Source: Fimbriosthenelais zetlandica (lineage: Eukaryota). From it: a stretch of DNA of 64,000 nt. The notes beneath the pieces are model-generated. The model was not told the DNA's origin, did not search any database, and saw only the letters and a list, made by a program, of their open reading frames with translations. Location of the stretch: positions 17,732,001-17,796,000 of the forward strand of contig OZ365112.1 of assembly GCA_977030845.1 (NCBI GenBank), given 5' to 3'. The first letter of the stretch is position 1, and each line of letters begins with the position of its first letter. The position numbers and the translations under genes were made by a program. Positions 14,501 through 28,818 of the stretch are shown here, in pieces.

Positions 14501-16195
14501 AGGTCCATGTTATAAATTTCCTAAATATTGTCAATCAACATCAAGATGTAGATATTTTCAAAAATTGGTGATTGGTACCAGCTGAAGAATGTCATAATCA
14601 GTCTGATTTGTGCTCATTTATCATTTATAATATTAAATTCAGTAATTTTTTTCATCTGTGACAATATACATTTATGTATATATGAAAACTGTATGAAGGT
14701 GAGGGAGACTCGCCTAAAGCCTGTTCCAGTCGGCTTCTAGTTGCCGGTTACTGGTTTTTCTGTATGGTCATCATGGCGACCTTCACTGCCAACCTGGCTG
14801 CTTTCCTCACAGCCTCAAGACTCAAGGTAGGCCTAAATACAGTCGCCACTCGCACATTCTCCGTTGCCTTAATCATTTGTGTGTCCGTACATTAACAAAT
14901 TAAAGAGGTTACATTTTATATTGTTCAGAATCGTGTGTCATCTCTGGATGAACTCTATAAGAGTAACTACAAGTATTCAGTTGTTCAAGGACATGATGCA
15001 GCTGACTACTTCCGGCACATGTCCACCATTGAGAGGACATTTTATGACCGATGGAAGGATATGTCACTTGGCAATGAGCAGAATGAACAAAGGTTGGATA
15101 ATATTTGTAATATTCTAGTAAGAAAACCATTCTCTATGAACCTTTTCAGAAGGCATCCATGAATTGGACTGTATGAATGAAAATCTCGCATTAAAATTGT
15201 CATGCGTTTAAAAACCACTTTCCTCAATTCAGCACTTCTTCAAATGCCTACCAATATGCTGTCTGGGATTATCCGTTGGGTGACAAATTCACTAAGATTT
15301 GGGAGAGCATTACCACTACAGGACTTTTCAACTCCACACAGGAAGGTATCAGAAAGGTAGGTTCCCACTCGATCGTTGACACATGTTAAAAAAATGAGAA
15401 GAATTCGTGCTCTCTGATATGGATTAAATCTCTGTATTATCAACTGTACAATTTAAACGATTTTTTATACCGTACTTTAAGGTGTTGACTGAAGAGAAAT
15501 TCGCCTTTCTGCATATGGCTCCTGTATTGAAATATGAGGCAGGACTGAACTGTGAATTGACAGTAGTTGGCGAACAATTCTCCAACAAACCTTTTGCTTT
15601 TGCACTTCAGAAGAACTCGCCTCAGACCAAGAAAATCACTAACCAGTATATCTCCTCCTTCTCTCTTACTATACATCAACTTCTTTTATGATATTCCTTT
15701 GAAATTCTAGTATTTGATTCCGCTTTCAATGCCTTGATGTTTTCTGCTATTTCTTCCTCCAGAATCCTGGTATTACAGAGAGATCGGGAACTGGAATCAC
15801 TGAAACAGGATTGGTGGGAGAAGGACAAGGCTAACTGTTCTGAGGATGAAGATCAGAACTCGGGCATTACTATGGAGACTGTGGGTGGAGTATTCATTGC
15901 CATGACAATTGGTATAGGACTGTGTCTCATTGCCCTGGTCGCTGAGGTTTCCTGCACCAAGTATCGTCGTCCAAAGGGGAACATAGTAAGTGTGCAATTA
16001 GATAGTTTTAGGTAAACTCATCAAAGAGCAGTATTTCCAGAATTTTGTCAGCCATTTATATACATTTTTAATAATATTTTAATTCAGATCACCATGGCAA
16101 ATGGTACTGACAAACCTCGTGAGATGTACCCTGAAATGGACAGTTTAGGCAGGCGTGTGGGCCTTGAAAAACGACAAGATCATATCACATATTGA
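11559..16195 (+). CDS. IR25a-like: IR25a/IR8a-clade ionotropic co-receptor-like subunit with full N-terminal domain
   Basis: Signal peptide MAPHWRIIAFISLLSIIQIHA; DFTISYYDYAGIQILMRKP; DRFSPFSYRN; FTANLAAFLTASRL. The S2 insertion FYDRWKDMSL...YAVWDYPLGDKFTKIW matches the IR25a-type WKDxSL...AVWDYPVSDKYTKMW. Last exon ends ...RQDHITY*. Confidence 0.85.
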
Positions 16196-17438
16196 TCCAT
16201 ATAGTCTAAATACGGATTCTGCGGTTCTAATGGTTCTATAGTGGCTATAGAGAAAGAGAGTGACTCAATGAAACTGAACTTTACGGCAATCTAATTGCTT
16301 CTGATTTGTACAGAATCTTCTCATTTATGAACAGCATAATAATGTCTATGATCATTGTTTCATGTATTTTTATCATTACATTTGTATATTGTATAGAATT
16401 TTCATCTGCAAAGATATGAAATATATAATTTTGACTATGCAATCATCCAAAGCTATAGTCTGTCTCCCCTAACTGCTGTAGCTTAAAATCTAAAATGTCT
16501 TTGCTTGAAAAAATGCAAATGCAGTTGGGTGCCTCTGCTGTATGGTAGCTTTCTGCAATGCTGTGGTCGGCAATGGTGCATAGAAAGCAGGTCACCGGAA
16601 GTGTTTACCTGGTTGCTAAGGTAGTCTGTATGTGAAAGCCAGCCAGCCTATGGTGGTCAATAACAAGAACACTGGAGGAAGGCACACATCTACTGCCTGC
16701 ACGAAGGAATTTTTCTTCATGGATGGAACCATTTCTATACCCAGGGGAATTTAAACACAATCAAGCATACATATTTCCTCCTGTCTGATCTACCTGGAAC
16801 TACAGGTGTGTTATTTACCTTTATTCATGTTTGCTGACAAAAGCAGGTAAACTAAACATGACATGTGATAATTATGACAAACATTTTAACTTTTTTTAAT
16901 GAAACAACTCCATGTATGCACTGTTTCATTGATATCGGGAATTCCCATTAGTAAGCATTCCTCTGTTTTATTGTGTTGAACCCTTGTTGGCACTAAACAT
17001 GTACATTGCCAGGGAACTCGGAATGAAAAAGAACTTCTGGCTTCGCTATGGACTATGAAATCATATATAATTAAGTACTTGTATATACATGTTTTGAAAT
17101 ATCGATTAGCTTTTCGGCACAACATTTTACATAGCCTTATTATTATACGTTTTATTAACTTTATTGAATAACACCGACCTATGTACTATAATGTATACAA
17201 TAATCCATTATTGTGTAAAAGGTAAGCCCCAACTAATAAGTGGATCATGTAATATGGGCAGCCTTAAGAGGATTCAGCCCTACTTGTATATACTTTACTG
17301 GATATCCATTCTCCCTGAATTGCATTATAAGCTCTCCCATTAGTACTTAAGTTTTGATTACATATATACTGTATTTCTAAAATGTACATATATATGTTTT
17401 TTAAGATATTTTCATTTCCTTTTAGGTAAATCACAGTG

Positions 17439-20400
17439 ATGGGGAACCCGAGGAGGACAGCCAGGGAGGAGGTTCGCCCGCGGACCTATGTCCCCTCCGT
17501 CACCAGTATTATAGGAGGAGCTGTGCGCGGAGCTCTAGTGAGTATTTCAGAAAACTTTTAGAATTGTCATTTACGATTATTTTAAGATAAGATAAACATT
17601 CAATTTATTGGAATAGTTAACAAATTCTTAATTGACAATAATCTCTTTTTTACAGGGGAAACCTGGCAAGAAGTCCAAGCGTAAACCATATATGCACAGT
17701 AGAAGTTTTGCACCTGCAGCGGTTTTCGCTTATGAAGCGCTTATTGATGTAAGTATAGTCATACAGGAAGATATACTTTGTTATAGGATATTTGTCTAAA
17801 ATATAATCGACCTAGGTGAAAATATGAGTCATGTTGGGGGTAGGAACATCCAGTTTGAAGGTATAAATGCCTCATTAAAAGAATTTAAGGAAGAAATATA
17901 TTTTGCAGGATGATGTGGAAGAAATGTTGGCAGATGCAGAAGAATTTTTTGATGAACCAATTCCTACCAGTTCGCGGGTGGAAGTCAGTGGGAAATTAAG
18001 ATCCCGACCAGCAGTCAAAAAATCAGATTATATGAAGATTAAGGAAATGGAAAAAGAGCCGCTTGTTACAGACAACAAGGCAAACAAATCGTAAGTCCTG
18101 TATCACCCTGACATACACTGTACAATTCTATTTTACTGACAACATATCATGAACAAATATAACAAATTATTTTTGAGATTATAGCTGTAGTTTTTGTATT
18201 GTTAGAAAGCAGAAGTGGGTGCTGTCTAGTCGGCGGCAGAGGGAGAGAGAGGCAAAAAAACAGAAGCGAGTTCAGCGACAGGAAATCGCGCCCACAGAGA
18301 GTCACTCTGGTGCTCGACCAGACGCCACTGATGGTGACGAAGATGACGACGACGATACCTTCTTAGATGACCTCAAAGAATTTGTCAATAACTCAGAGAG
18401 AAGCAAAACTGGCTTTTCTCTCATCGGTAAAATATTTAATGTTGACGAAGTCATGGAGTACAGGGACAAGAAACCAAAGTGAGAACAATGTGATTTATTT
18501 TATAGACTGATTATTTTAGCTTTAAGTAACTATTTTGCCTCCATATAGTAATACCATTACTGAATACTCATACTTATTCAACTATTATTCATACGTGTTT
18601 ATTTTTGTATGTTTTCAGGCGACGATTCTTCACCTGGTGGGTGACTGTCATTCAGCTCATCATTTTTATCGTATCAATAGCAACTTATGGCGTAGCTCCA
18701 ATAGGATTATCTAATGTAGATGTCACGGGGGAGGTAAGAACATAATGTTAATACCTTTTAAATACAGATAGACTGATTGTCGAAACACTTTAATTAGAAT
18801 TTTAATTATTCCTATTAGAAATATAGTTTTGTTATTTGTTAATTTGAGACAATTATAATTTTTTCAGGTTTTGATGACAAATCTTGCCATTGAGAGAGTA
18901 TCATACAAAGAGCAGGGCAATATGTGGATCGGACCCAGAGAGGTAAAGCTGATATTTTTAGAATTGATTTTCTTTTGAAGCACTGGGTGAATTTTTAATT
19001 CACAATACTTGCTAGTTTTCATCATAATTTCCATCAGCATTGACTTCTGTTATTGAGTATCTAACTTTTCTCTTTGTTAGGACGATCTCATCCACCTGGG
19101 GGCTCGTTTTTCACCCTGCATGAGGAAGGATATCAATGTTGAGAAGGTTTTAAACTGTGATAAAGACAACGAGAAACAGACTGCCTGTTGTATCAACAAT
19201 GACGGCTCTGGCTGCGTTCAAACTCAAGAAAATGGCTGTTCGGTACTTAGCCTTTATATTATTCGATTCGATTTTCAAATTATTTTCCATAAATAGTATA
19301 GGGAATTAAGCAATTAGCTTGTATACATGTCGGCCCTAATAATATTTCTATTATATTATTTTCGTTTGGAGTATTGCCTAATTAACTGATTGTTGTCTTT
19401 TTCTAGCAAAGTATATCCACCTGGTTTAATTGGACAACTGCTAATCCAGGTTATCAGGGACGGACTTCCGGTTCCGTCTGTGGTCAGGATCCTAAATATT
19501 GTAACAATCCTGCCTCCACAGGCGCCTTTGTATGGGAAGATGATATCACTAATTGGCCGGTCAGTAGTAAAACATTATAGTATAACAATACTGCCAAAAA
19601 AAGAAATAGGCAATATAATATTTAGCCTGATAGTATGATAATTTGACTGGATTCCATGTCATACATAATATTATATAATTATTATTTAGTAATAACTATA
19701 TTTATAGTGTTAAAGTAATAACGATCTGATAAACTAGTAGTGATAATGATCGTACTGTGATAAACCAATTGATATAGTGATAACCAATAACTAATTTATA
19801 ATAATTGTGATAACCAATGTCCCTATTCAAATATAATGGCAATGTATTTTAGGTGTGCACTGAGCCCATACAAGCTGTGGGGAATGCTCTGGAGGATATC
19901 CACATGACTTGTGAGGTCATTGGTCGGCCATGCTGTGTAGGAATCCAGGGAGAATGTATGATGGCAACCCGGGAATACTGTGAATTCCGGCGCGGATACT
20001 TCCATGAAAACGCCTCCCTCTGCTCCCAGGTATGTTATAAATTGAAGTATTTTACCTGTGTCTTTATTAAAGTTCAATATCATGACAAGACTGGGCCAAC
20101 CAAGAATTCTCTAAAGTAATTATGTCTTGATTCTTTTAGGTCAATTGTTTTGAGGAGGTTTGTGGACTCTTTCCTTTCGGTGACCCCACCATCCCTGATC
20201 AGTTTTACAGGCTCTTCTTCTCCCAGTTTCTTCACGCTGGGTAAATATATTCTCTTATTTACACTGGAAAGTAAAACGTGTCAATTAAGGTGTCAATTGG
20301 GCCCAACATACGTGTTGGCCTTTGTCGGAGGCTTGATTCATCATTATTTCAATGTCTATATTGAATTTGTTGATATATTTCAGTGTCGTTTCTATGGTTA

Positions 20401-21120
20401 TCACCATCTTGTTCCAACTGTTGGTAATGAGGGATCTAGAGAGCCTGATTGGCTGGTGGCAGATGGCGTTCATCTATATTGGAGGTGGTGTGGCTGGCAG
20501 CTTGGCCTCCGCCATCTTCCTGCCTTATCACGTGGAGGTAAATCACCTTTGATTCGTTTAGATATAATTAAATAATAAGATTCAATATATTGCATGGTCT
20601 CTTTTTGATTTACATGTAGGACATAAGAGGTCGACCGTGGGAGAAATTGACGCGCTTTTTATTCTCTGTTTTGCTCTAGGCTGGACCCTCTGGTTCTCAG
20701 TTTGCTGTTCTGGCTGCTCTGACTGTGGAAATGGTGCGCTGGTCACGTGACAAACCACTCAAAATGATGCTTAAGATCATTATCATGTTGCTCATCCTGT
20801 TCGTGATAGGTCTCCTACCAGGCATTGACAACTACTCCCATCTCTGTGGTTTCTTCTATGGTCTCTTCATTTACTTCACCTTCAGACCCTTTAAGAGATT
20901 CCGTGGAAAATCCATTAACAAAATACCCAGGGTCATCATTGGCATCGTCACCTTCTTTCTGGCAGCGCTCATCATGACAGTTCTAGTCCTATTTTTCTAT
21001 ATTTATCCTATTTATGAATGTCCCTATTGTAGCTACTTTAATTGCATCCCTTTCACTCCTGATTTCTGTGAATCTATGCAGGTGACAATTCAAAGAACCG
21101 AATCTCAATGTCAAGCATAG
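17439..21120 (+). CDS. RHBDF: iRhom (inactive rhomboid, RHBDF1/2 family)
   Basis: Cytoplasmic N-terminus, TM1 ([11 protein letters not shown]), cysteine-rich iRhom homology domain ([36 protein letters not shown]), [16 protein letters not shown] and [13 protein letters not shown] at 17439 is preceded by an in-frame stop. Confidence 0.93.
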
Positions 21121-22219
21121 AAAAGTGATTCTAAGCATTACCTATAAATAGTGCATTATAAGCACATTCTAAACGGATGTCCACTCGACTTCCCCGAAGT
21201 TTGGTTTATATCAAGCCGTGGTTTAATTACATGTTTGAATTTTTGTTTTATAGATGTATACTTTTCAACAAATTCAGTCAGCTAAGCCTACTATTGAAAT
21301 ACTTGAATACACTTCAATTGGTCTATGCCTTACTTGCAGTGCCTTATATTACAATTCATGCACATATTTTATCTGGTGACGTAATACCTTCAAAGATGGG
21401 AGAATTTTAAAATCTCCACATAGTGTTGTGTCGCAATGGCTAGGATTTTTTCTGTTCTGTAACCTGAGTAGCTAATACATTATTATTGTTCTGTAAGTCC
21501 CTTTATTCATCATAGGAGGCTATCGTGACAATTTTAATCTTGCAAACTCTTAAATTCATCCCTGGGCACTTGAAGTATACATCATTCATCATTCATGACT
21601 TACCGGAACATAGATCTAGCTATCAACCTATGTGATATTATTCTTTCTGCCTCTGATATTACAAAAAAGGCAATTGTTTTGAAGATCTTTTATACATAAC
21701 TTATATAACATAATTTGCTATAACTCACTTTAAGTGTATTGTATCACGTTTTTACCTAAATTCTTATAAATTGTGACATTTCTGACATTTAGTCTGATGA
21801 AGTATAGTACGTATATTTAGGGAATTTATTCCAGAATATAGGCAATATTCCCTTGAATTTTGGCATCAACATAATTATTTCTCCAGTATTATCAGACGAA
21901 TACTGCTATATTTGTGAAAATAAAGTTAATACACTTTTCATGGATTGTCTTTTAAGTTTGAGTAAAAGCAAAACTGTAGTCACTGGGTATATTTATGGAG
22001 TATGCCTCTTTCCCGGGGACTTATATACGTACCACTGGTTCTGTGAATGTCCGCCCCGGGTGCGCATGTCGCTAGATAATCTAATCATTATCTCGAGTCC
22101 AAAACCAAAACCCATGGTGCACCCATCAGTGTGCATGCGACGCACTATCAGAACTCTGCTGAACCAGTGTTGACTTACACATTATACCAAAACGGCTACA
22201 TTCTGTCATCTAATTAACC

Positions 22220-24405
22220 ATGGGTAAAGTTACAGAAAATAACAGGCTTCTCTCTGGCTGGTCTGGAAAGGCAATGGCCACCATGGGTACTCTGGCTACC
22301 ATCATTTTAGGTGCAACAATGAGAGGTTAGTATAAGGACCTGTCAATAGGTATCCTTTTATTATGAGGCTTATACAGAATCATACAGTAGGCCTATAGTA
22401 TTAGGAGGTATAGTGCAGCTCTACCTGTTGGCTGCGTTCAGCTGTCCTTGGTCTTATCACTTGTGATAAGAGACGATGTAACATTGGGACGCATGTACCT
22501 TATTAACTGCAAGATCAGTGCATGAGTATTTTGATTAAGGTATAGAAAAACTATTTTTTCCTGAGGAAATTATTATACATATAGGCCCTTAACTTATAAC
22601 ATCACCTTTAATTATTTCATAGAAGCTTTTGTGTAAGGGAATTTTAAGTATGTTATAAATATTAATGTGTTTTACATCATCTGTTTGTACATGTTTCCTC
22701 TAAGGTGACTGGATGATCATATTAGTGCACTTCAGTAGACAGTTTGGAATGGATATAGCACCACCCATAACGACAGGTGATGAGACCATCCAAACCTCAG
22801 CCTTCAGTCAACAATTAAGTTATTTTACTGGAGTGCATTGGTTCATAATGCTGTCTTTATCTGTATCTTTCGTCTCCTATTTGTCCTTGGGTGGATTCCT
22901 TCAATACTATTATTATATCAAGAGGAGAGACCAGGTAGGTCTATTACCCCAAACTGAGAAACATCGATATATTCGTTATCTAAATTGTCTTACATCAAGG
23001 GGAATTTTCGGAAACTTTCGAAATTTTAAAACAAAATTTTCTTCCAGGCTAAAGAATGGAAATGTCAGCCAAACAAGTTCCTGACCCCAGAGAATGAGCG
23101 CCATGAGTTCTTATTGGGATCACTTAATATGGCCTTGGGTGGAACCGCCTCGGGGATAATTGCCTGTTACATCTTGAATGGAGGTAAATGGCTATTTACT
23201 AAATTTAACGCTGAATAATCCGTCCATTGATTATTGCCATGTCATATTTTGATTCCTGAATATAACTTTGTGTATTTTCAGGCCATACAACTCTATACTT
23301 CTCCGTACTTGAGAGGGGATTTTTCTACCTCGTTTTCTCGACGATAGTTTTATTTGTCACCACGGACTACATGGCATACTTGATACACAGAGCTGGCCAT
23401 TTCCCAGTCCTCTATAAGGCCATCCATAAAGTACACCACCGCTACCACCAACCCACTGCCTGGTCAGCCACCGCCATGCACCCACTAGAGTTTATCACCT
23501 ACCAAATCATCCTCGTCACTCCCGCCTTCTTCATCCCTCTATACTCAGGTAAAATGTGCGAAAAATGTAGGCCCTCTATCAGAACCCCAAAGATTGATAA
23601 AATTCTGGAGAATTATATGAATTTCCATGTAACATTTAATGCTTGCTACTCCATGCAGTTTTTCTTTCTTTTAAAATATTTTATATATTTATTTCAGGAT
23701 CGTTCATTGGCGTTCTTCTCTACCAGTATTATTACGGTATGATTGATCATTCAGGAGTGAAGCTGGATTCAATCTGGCCCTGGCAACCATCCTCTATATT
23801 CCATGATAACCACCACAAGTAAGCCACCATTTACCCTACTCCAATTATTTCTTGGTTCCATGTTATGCAGAGACAATTTCTGTCGGTTTTTGGAGTCATT
23901 ATACTTTTATTCCACCCCCCACATACTGATCTTCCAACTGCTGAGTGGGAGGTATTGTTCTGCTCTATGAAAATCCTGAATGACCCAATTACCTGGTACA
24001 GGATGACCTAATTTCCAGATCTATTATTGGCTGATGATATGGACGTCATGAAAATAATTCCAGTGTCACAGACACTGACGCCATATCTATATGCCACCTT
24101 CCGCGATACAGCCATCTGGACATATACTTGGTCGGTTCTTGGTCTGTCGCCCTCCTCTCAGGGCTACTCCTGTCTTCTGTGCCTAACTAGTACTCTAGAA
24201 ATCTAACACTGATCCTCTTGGTTTCAGGTATTTCCATGTAAACTTTGGTTTCAATTTGGGTCTCTGGGACAGACTGCATGACACAATGCGTAAGGACACT
24301 CGTGTGTACGATGAAACAACATTCGGTGGTCGGGGCATAGAGAAGGTGAGGTATGATGCTAACCAAGCCAGGCTCTCTACTACATCTAACAATGAAGTCA
24401 AGTAG
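22220..24405 (+). CDS. Fatty acid hydroxylase / sterol desaturase family protein (lathosterol oxidase-like)
   Basis: Six in-phase exons with three histidine boxes (HRAGH, HKVHH, HDNHH) and YFHVNFGFNLGLWDRLHDT. Substrate cannot be inferred from sequence. Confidence 0.88.
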
Positions 24406-24885
24406 ACTACTTCATACTAACCACACTGACGGGCTTTCATCTACTAATCTCGTATTAAATACTAATCATATTTTTTTATACAACTTTGATTTAACAACTT
24501 TGTTGATGGCAATTAAGGATAGGTTCGTTAACAAACCGCAGCTGAACATAAGAAGATACTTATTTATTCCTGTTGCAATTTTTATTGATTTGATATAGCG
24601 CATTTACTACCTGATACAGATATTTTAGGAGGAGCAAAAAGGACATAAATTACACTGGATGTTATTAAAGCGATTTCTTATATATTTTATGAGGAAATCT
24701 ATTATGTAAAGACTTGATTACAGTGATATCAGAGTCTAATACTTGATTCTATCAAAAGACGTATATATCTTGGTTCGGACGATATACGGCGTCATCAGTT
24801 ACAGGCTTAATGTATGCTGAAATTATTCCTACACCTAGGTAGACGTCATTCACGACAGTTTCGTAGATGATGAACCAAAATGTAT

Positions 24886-27800
24886 TTACTTTCCTGAAAA
24901 ATAAAAATGAATGATCAGGATCTATCGTCAATTGAACCATTTAACAAAGTTGACGAATTAAACTAACATGTTATATTTATAAGGAACTGAACTGCTCCTC
25001 ATCTATTTTTACTTAGAATATTCCAATTAACATGTTAAGAAGGTAGGAGATGATAAGGTGAATGATCTAATATAGAAGTGGATGATAAAGCCATCTCTCA
25101 CCTTCCTCGTTCTCTTCCTCCTCGCTGCTCTCATCATCTTCATCATCGTCCTCCTCGTCACTCTCAAACGTGTTATTAGGGATGTCGTAGATACGAATCA
25201 TTGGCTGAAAGTAAACCAAAATAGTTTCATTTAGTGACAAACGCCTGATAAAAAGATCCCTTTGAATGAAGTAGATAAATTTTACCATATTTAGAAAAAA
25301 TACCATATTTAATGGAAATCCTAGGGATATATACTATTGAATATCAAAAATGCTTGTAGAAAGTGGACAAAAATGTTACCTTATTGGGATCCTTCATGAT
25401 GAGGTATTTGCCCTCGTCCAGCTTCATACATGTATCAATGACACAGCGCAGGATGCCCCAGGCGTTCTCCATGTTCAGGTTTATTTGGTTCGCAAACTCA
25501 GCAGGTTTAAACTGCTGTGTACCCAGGATGACATGCTTAGCCGAGTCACGGACATGGGCTCGTGACACATACCTGAATGAACAAATATAGAAAATTGGGT
25601 TTGAAATAAATCGAAAAATACTACTCAAGAATTTCCTAATTAGTTTTAGTGAGAAGTAATTACAAAAGTTTTTTAAAGGGGAATATGTTTGTACTCACCC
25701 AAACTTGAGCTGGTCAGAACCAGCAAGAAGAGCGCTGACTGTCCATTTGGCCAGTTTACACGAGTTATTCTTGAGTTCAGTAGCGAGGACAGCTCCCCGC
25801 TGGTTATCTAACTTCACCCTCCAGTCCACTCCTCCTGAAATCTGTATCAAACATAAGCAAAAATGGTTAGGTGATGGTTGAAAAATGCTCAGAAATTTTC
25901 TTTAATTAAAATAGTTTAAAAAAATGTAATTTAAGTCGCGCATACATGTACATTTATAAAATTTGTACATGAGAGAAGTACTAACCTTGGGGTCGTGCTC
26001 ATTCAGTGATTTAATGTTCATATATTGTAATTCCCCAGATGGTCCGAAGGTGACCGCGTCATGTTCCGTCCTCACTATAAGTTCAATATCGTTACCTAAC
26101 TTGAATTTACGATACCTGAAAGAAAGAACAGAAAAGTTAAATTGGTAAAAGGGAGTAAAATAGTTTGTTACAAAACATATTTTTGGCTGTACAGACTGTT
26201 CGGTGTTCACTTACCTATAAGATACGGAAGCTATTTCACCCTCGTCTTCTTCTTGAAGGAAGGGGTTGGCCTTCTCAAATTCAGATTTCTCCTCACCCTA
26301 AAGATGGAAACAAGATCAATATTAAATTTGTCAGCTTAAAATGTATAAATATTATGTATTTCTGAAAAATAGTGTGTACTTAAGAAAGGTTATAAACTGA
26401 CCATCTTGAGAACTTGCTGGGAGAAGTTATGGTTGATGAAGGTAGCTTCCAGGGCCAGGTTCCTCGGTGAGCTGATGCTGTTACCTTCATCCTGAGGCGG
26501 CTCAATGGCTGTCTCACTCACAGTCAACAAATCTGTAATATCCAAACATTTAACTTAATATAAAACTAACTTAACACTCAATCTGCCACTAATAACTACT
26601 GAAAATGCAATTCCATTAGACCCAATTTCAATATTCTTTATCATGGAAAATCTTACCAAATTCTGAGTCATCTCGCTTGTCAAAAAAGAGTTTGTTGCCA
26701 ACACGTTGGACAACAATGTCCCAGGAGTAGACAGAGCGACAGCAGCACATGAGGGTAGACACGATCACATCGGTGGCGAAAACGTTCCCCTGAGTCTTTG
26801 CCAACTGGAGGAAAATAAATAAATAATTATATAACCAGAAAATAAGATTTAAATTAGAAAGTTGTATCAGATTGATTCAACTCAAATTACTTCTTCTTTT
26901 TTTTTAAATTTTTTTTTTTAGATATTTAGGTAAATGGTTTTACTAACATATTGTATAAGAAGTGTTAAATATAATTTATAAATGTAATAATAATTTACCT
27001 GTCGAATGACTGGGTCATCAGTGGTCGTCACCTTGTGGAAGACACGGTTGATTCTCTTCAGTTTCTTCTCATTCTTTGTGGTCACTCGGTCATACTGCTT
27101 GTCATAGAATTCGAGAGAGCCACACTTTATCCTGAAATAATGAAAAAATAGCATTGATTTACAAGTTATATTTTCAGCACGACCAATTATTACATGAATA
27201 TTCTCTTCAGTCCAGTGAAGTTTAATAATTTAGTCAAGAAATAAGAATATGTCTACTTGGCTTGTTTAATACTCACAAGTCGTCAGGTTCCTCCACAGTG
27301 GGCAGTGTCAGTTTACCAAGTCTGAGGAAGTCCATCTCTTCTACCACAGTCCACGTCTCCCGCACCTGAACAGAGGCTTCACGATGCTTCTGCTGTATCT
27401 GTAAATTTAGTATAAAGAATTAAGTTAATATTAACACAATAACACATTCAAACATTTCTAATCATAAGTCGTTTATCAAGTAATTATTCTATTCCTCTTA
27501 TTTTTTATTGCATTATTTAATTTTAACCATAAAATTATTGTAATATACATACCCGGTTCTTGCTTTGATCTTGCAGCTGTTTTCCAAACTGCTTCTGCCA
27601 TTTTCGGAGCTGTCTCTGACGATCTCTGGATAAATAAATCAAGGTCAGTTGGGCTTTGTCTCTTTTGTAAATTATTTATGAAATAAATTCAGGTTTTTTA
27701 TTACAATATTGGTAGATGTTATAGAAATAAGCCTACCTTTCCCTGCTCTTCTGGGTCTTAGTAAGGACCTGCATGTTGGCCTGCTGCTGCTGGCGACGTT

Positions 27801-28818
27801 CACGCTCCTTGCGCAGCTTGTTCTTCAAAACACAATTAATAATTAAATCACAAAAAAAAATCAATGCGATGTAATGCAAGGTAGAATACAAGGAGATAAT
27901 TTTACAATGAATTTTATACCGTACCTGGTTGAACTTCATACGGCCTCTCTGGTAGATAGGTTTTTGCACCTTGGAGGTGTCTACCAGCTGGAAGGAAGAT
28001 TCATCTTCCTCGTGGAAGTAGGCGTACTGGCTGCCCATACCGCCATACTGGGAGGCATACTTATCTGTAAGGGTGAAAATGTCAGTCACATATAGAAAAA
28101 TATTTACATCTGCTCTAGTATACGGAAGCATTGAGAAATGGAATGTTTTATGGACATGGCCAACTAAAAATTAGTTTTAAGGTGAATCAAATGGGTTATC
28201 AAGTCTCCGTCGGATGTAAAAGATAAAATATGTACTTACTCATGTATCTTCTGTCTTGATAAGTAGCTCCAGTCCAATCGGACACCTAGTATGAGTAAAA
28301 CATTGAGGTGTCATGAAGAAGACATTTTTTTCCTGAATTTCGCCTAGGCTAACTTAGGCATACCTGGCTATGGTCTATTATCTTAAATGAAAATTAAATA
28401 CGTCGTGTTACACGCTGGCCTACTTAAAACTTAAGTTAAAATAATGAAATAAGGATATGCCCTAAAATAAACAACAAGGTAGTTTGTAGGCATAGAGTAC
28501 CACATTACTACTCGGACCTGAGCTGAATCCCTTAAGCTCCAGTAGGTCCACGGCTTTTCAACACATTACAGATCAATACACATTCCACTAATGCATTGAC
28601 AGTGTCAGTGTTTTAGACGGAGACCCAAGCCTGACCAAGGCAAGTGACACAGTGTCAATCAATGAAAGGCGTCACATCTGGTGCTTTTCACCTACCTTTC
28701 CCAGACGATCCCCTTTGGAGAACGGCTGGTATGGCATATCCTGGAATTGCTCTGGTAGTGCAGAAGGTCCCCAGCCATTTGGATTGTCCTGAATCTTCGG
28801 TGGATTGAAATGCGCCAT
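24886..28818 (-). CDS. eIF3d: Eukaryotic translation initiation factor 3 subunit D
   Basis: Starts [18 protein letters not shown]...[15 protein letters not shown]; internal [47 protein letters not shown]; acidic tail. Predicted 8-nt final coding exon (24893-24886) ends ...GK*. Confidence 0.96.

Noticed and set aside
22350-22358. U12-type donor GTATCCTTT
   Set aside because: It lies after an in-frame stop, 24 nt inside an intron whose GT donor at 22326 already preserves the frame.
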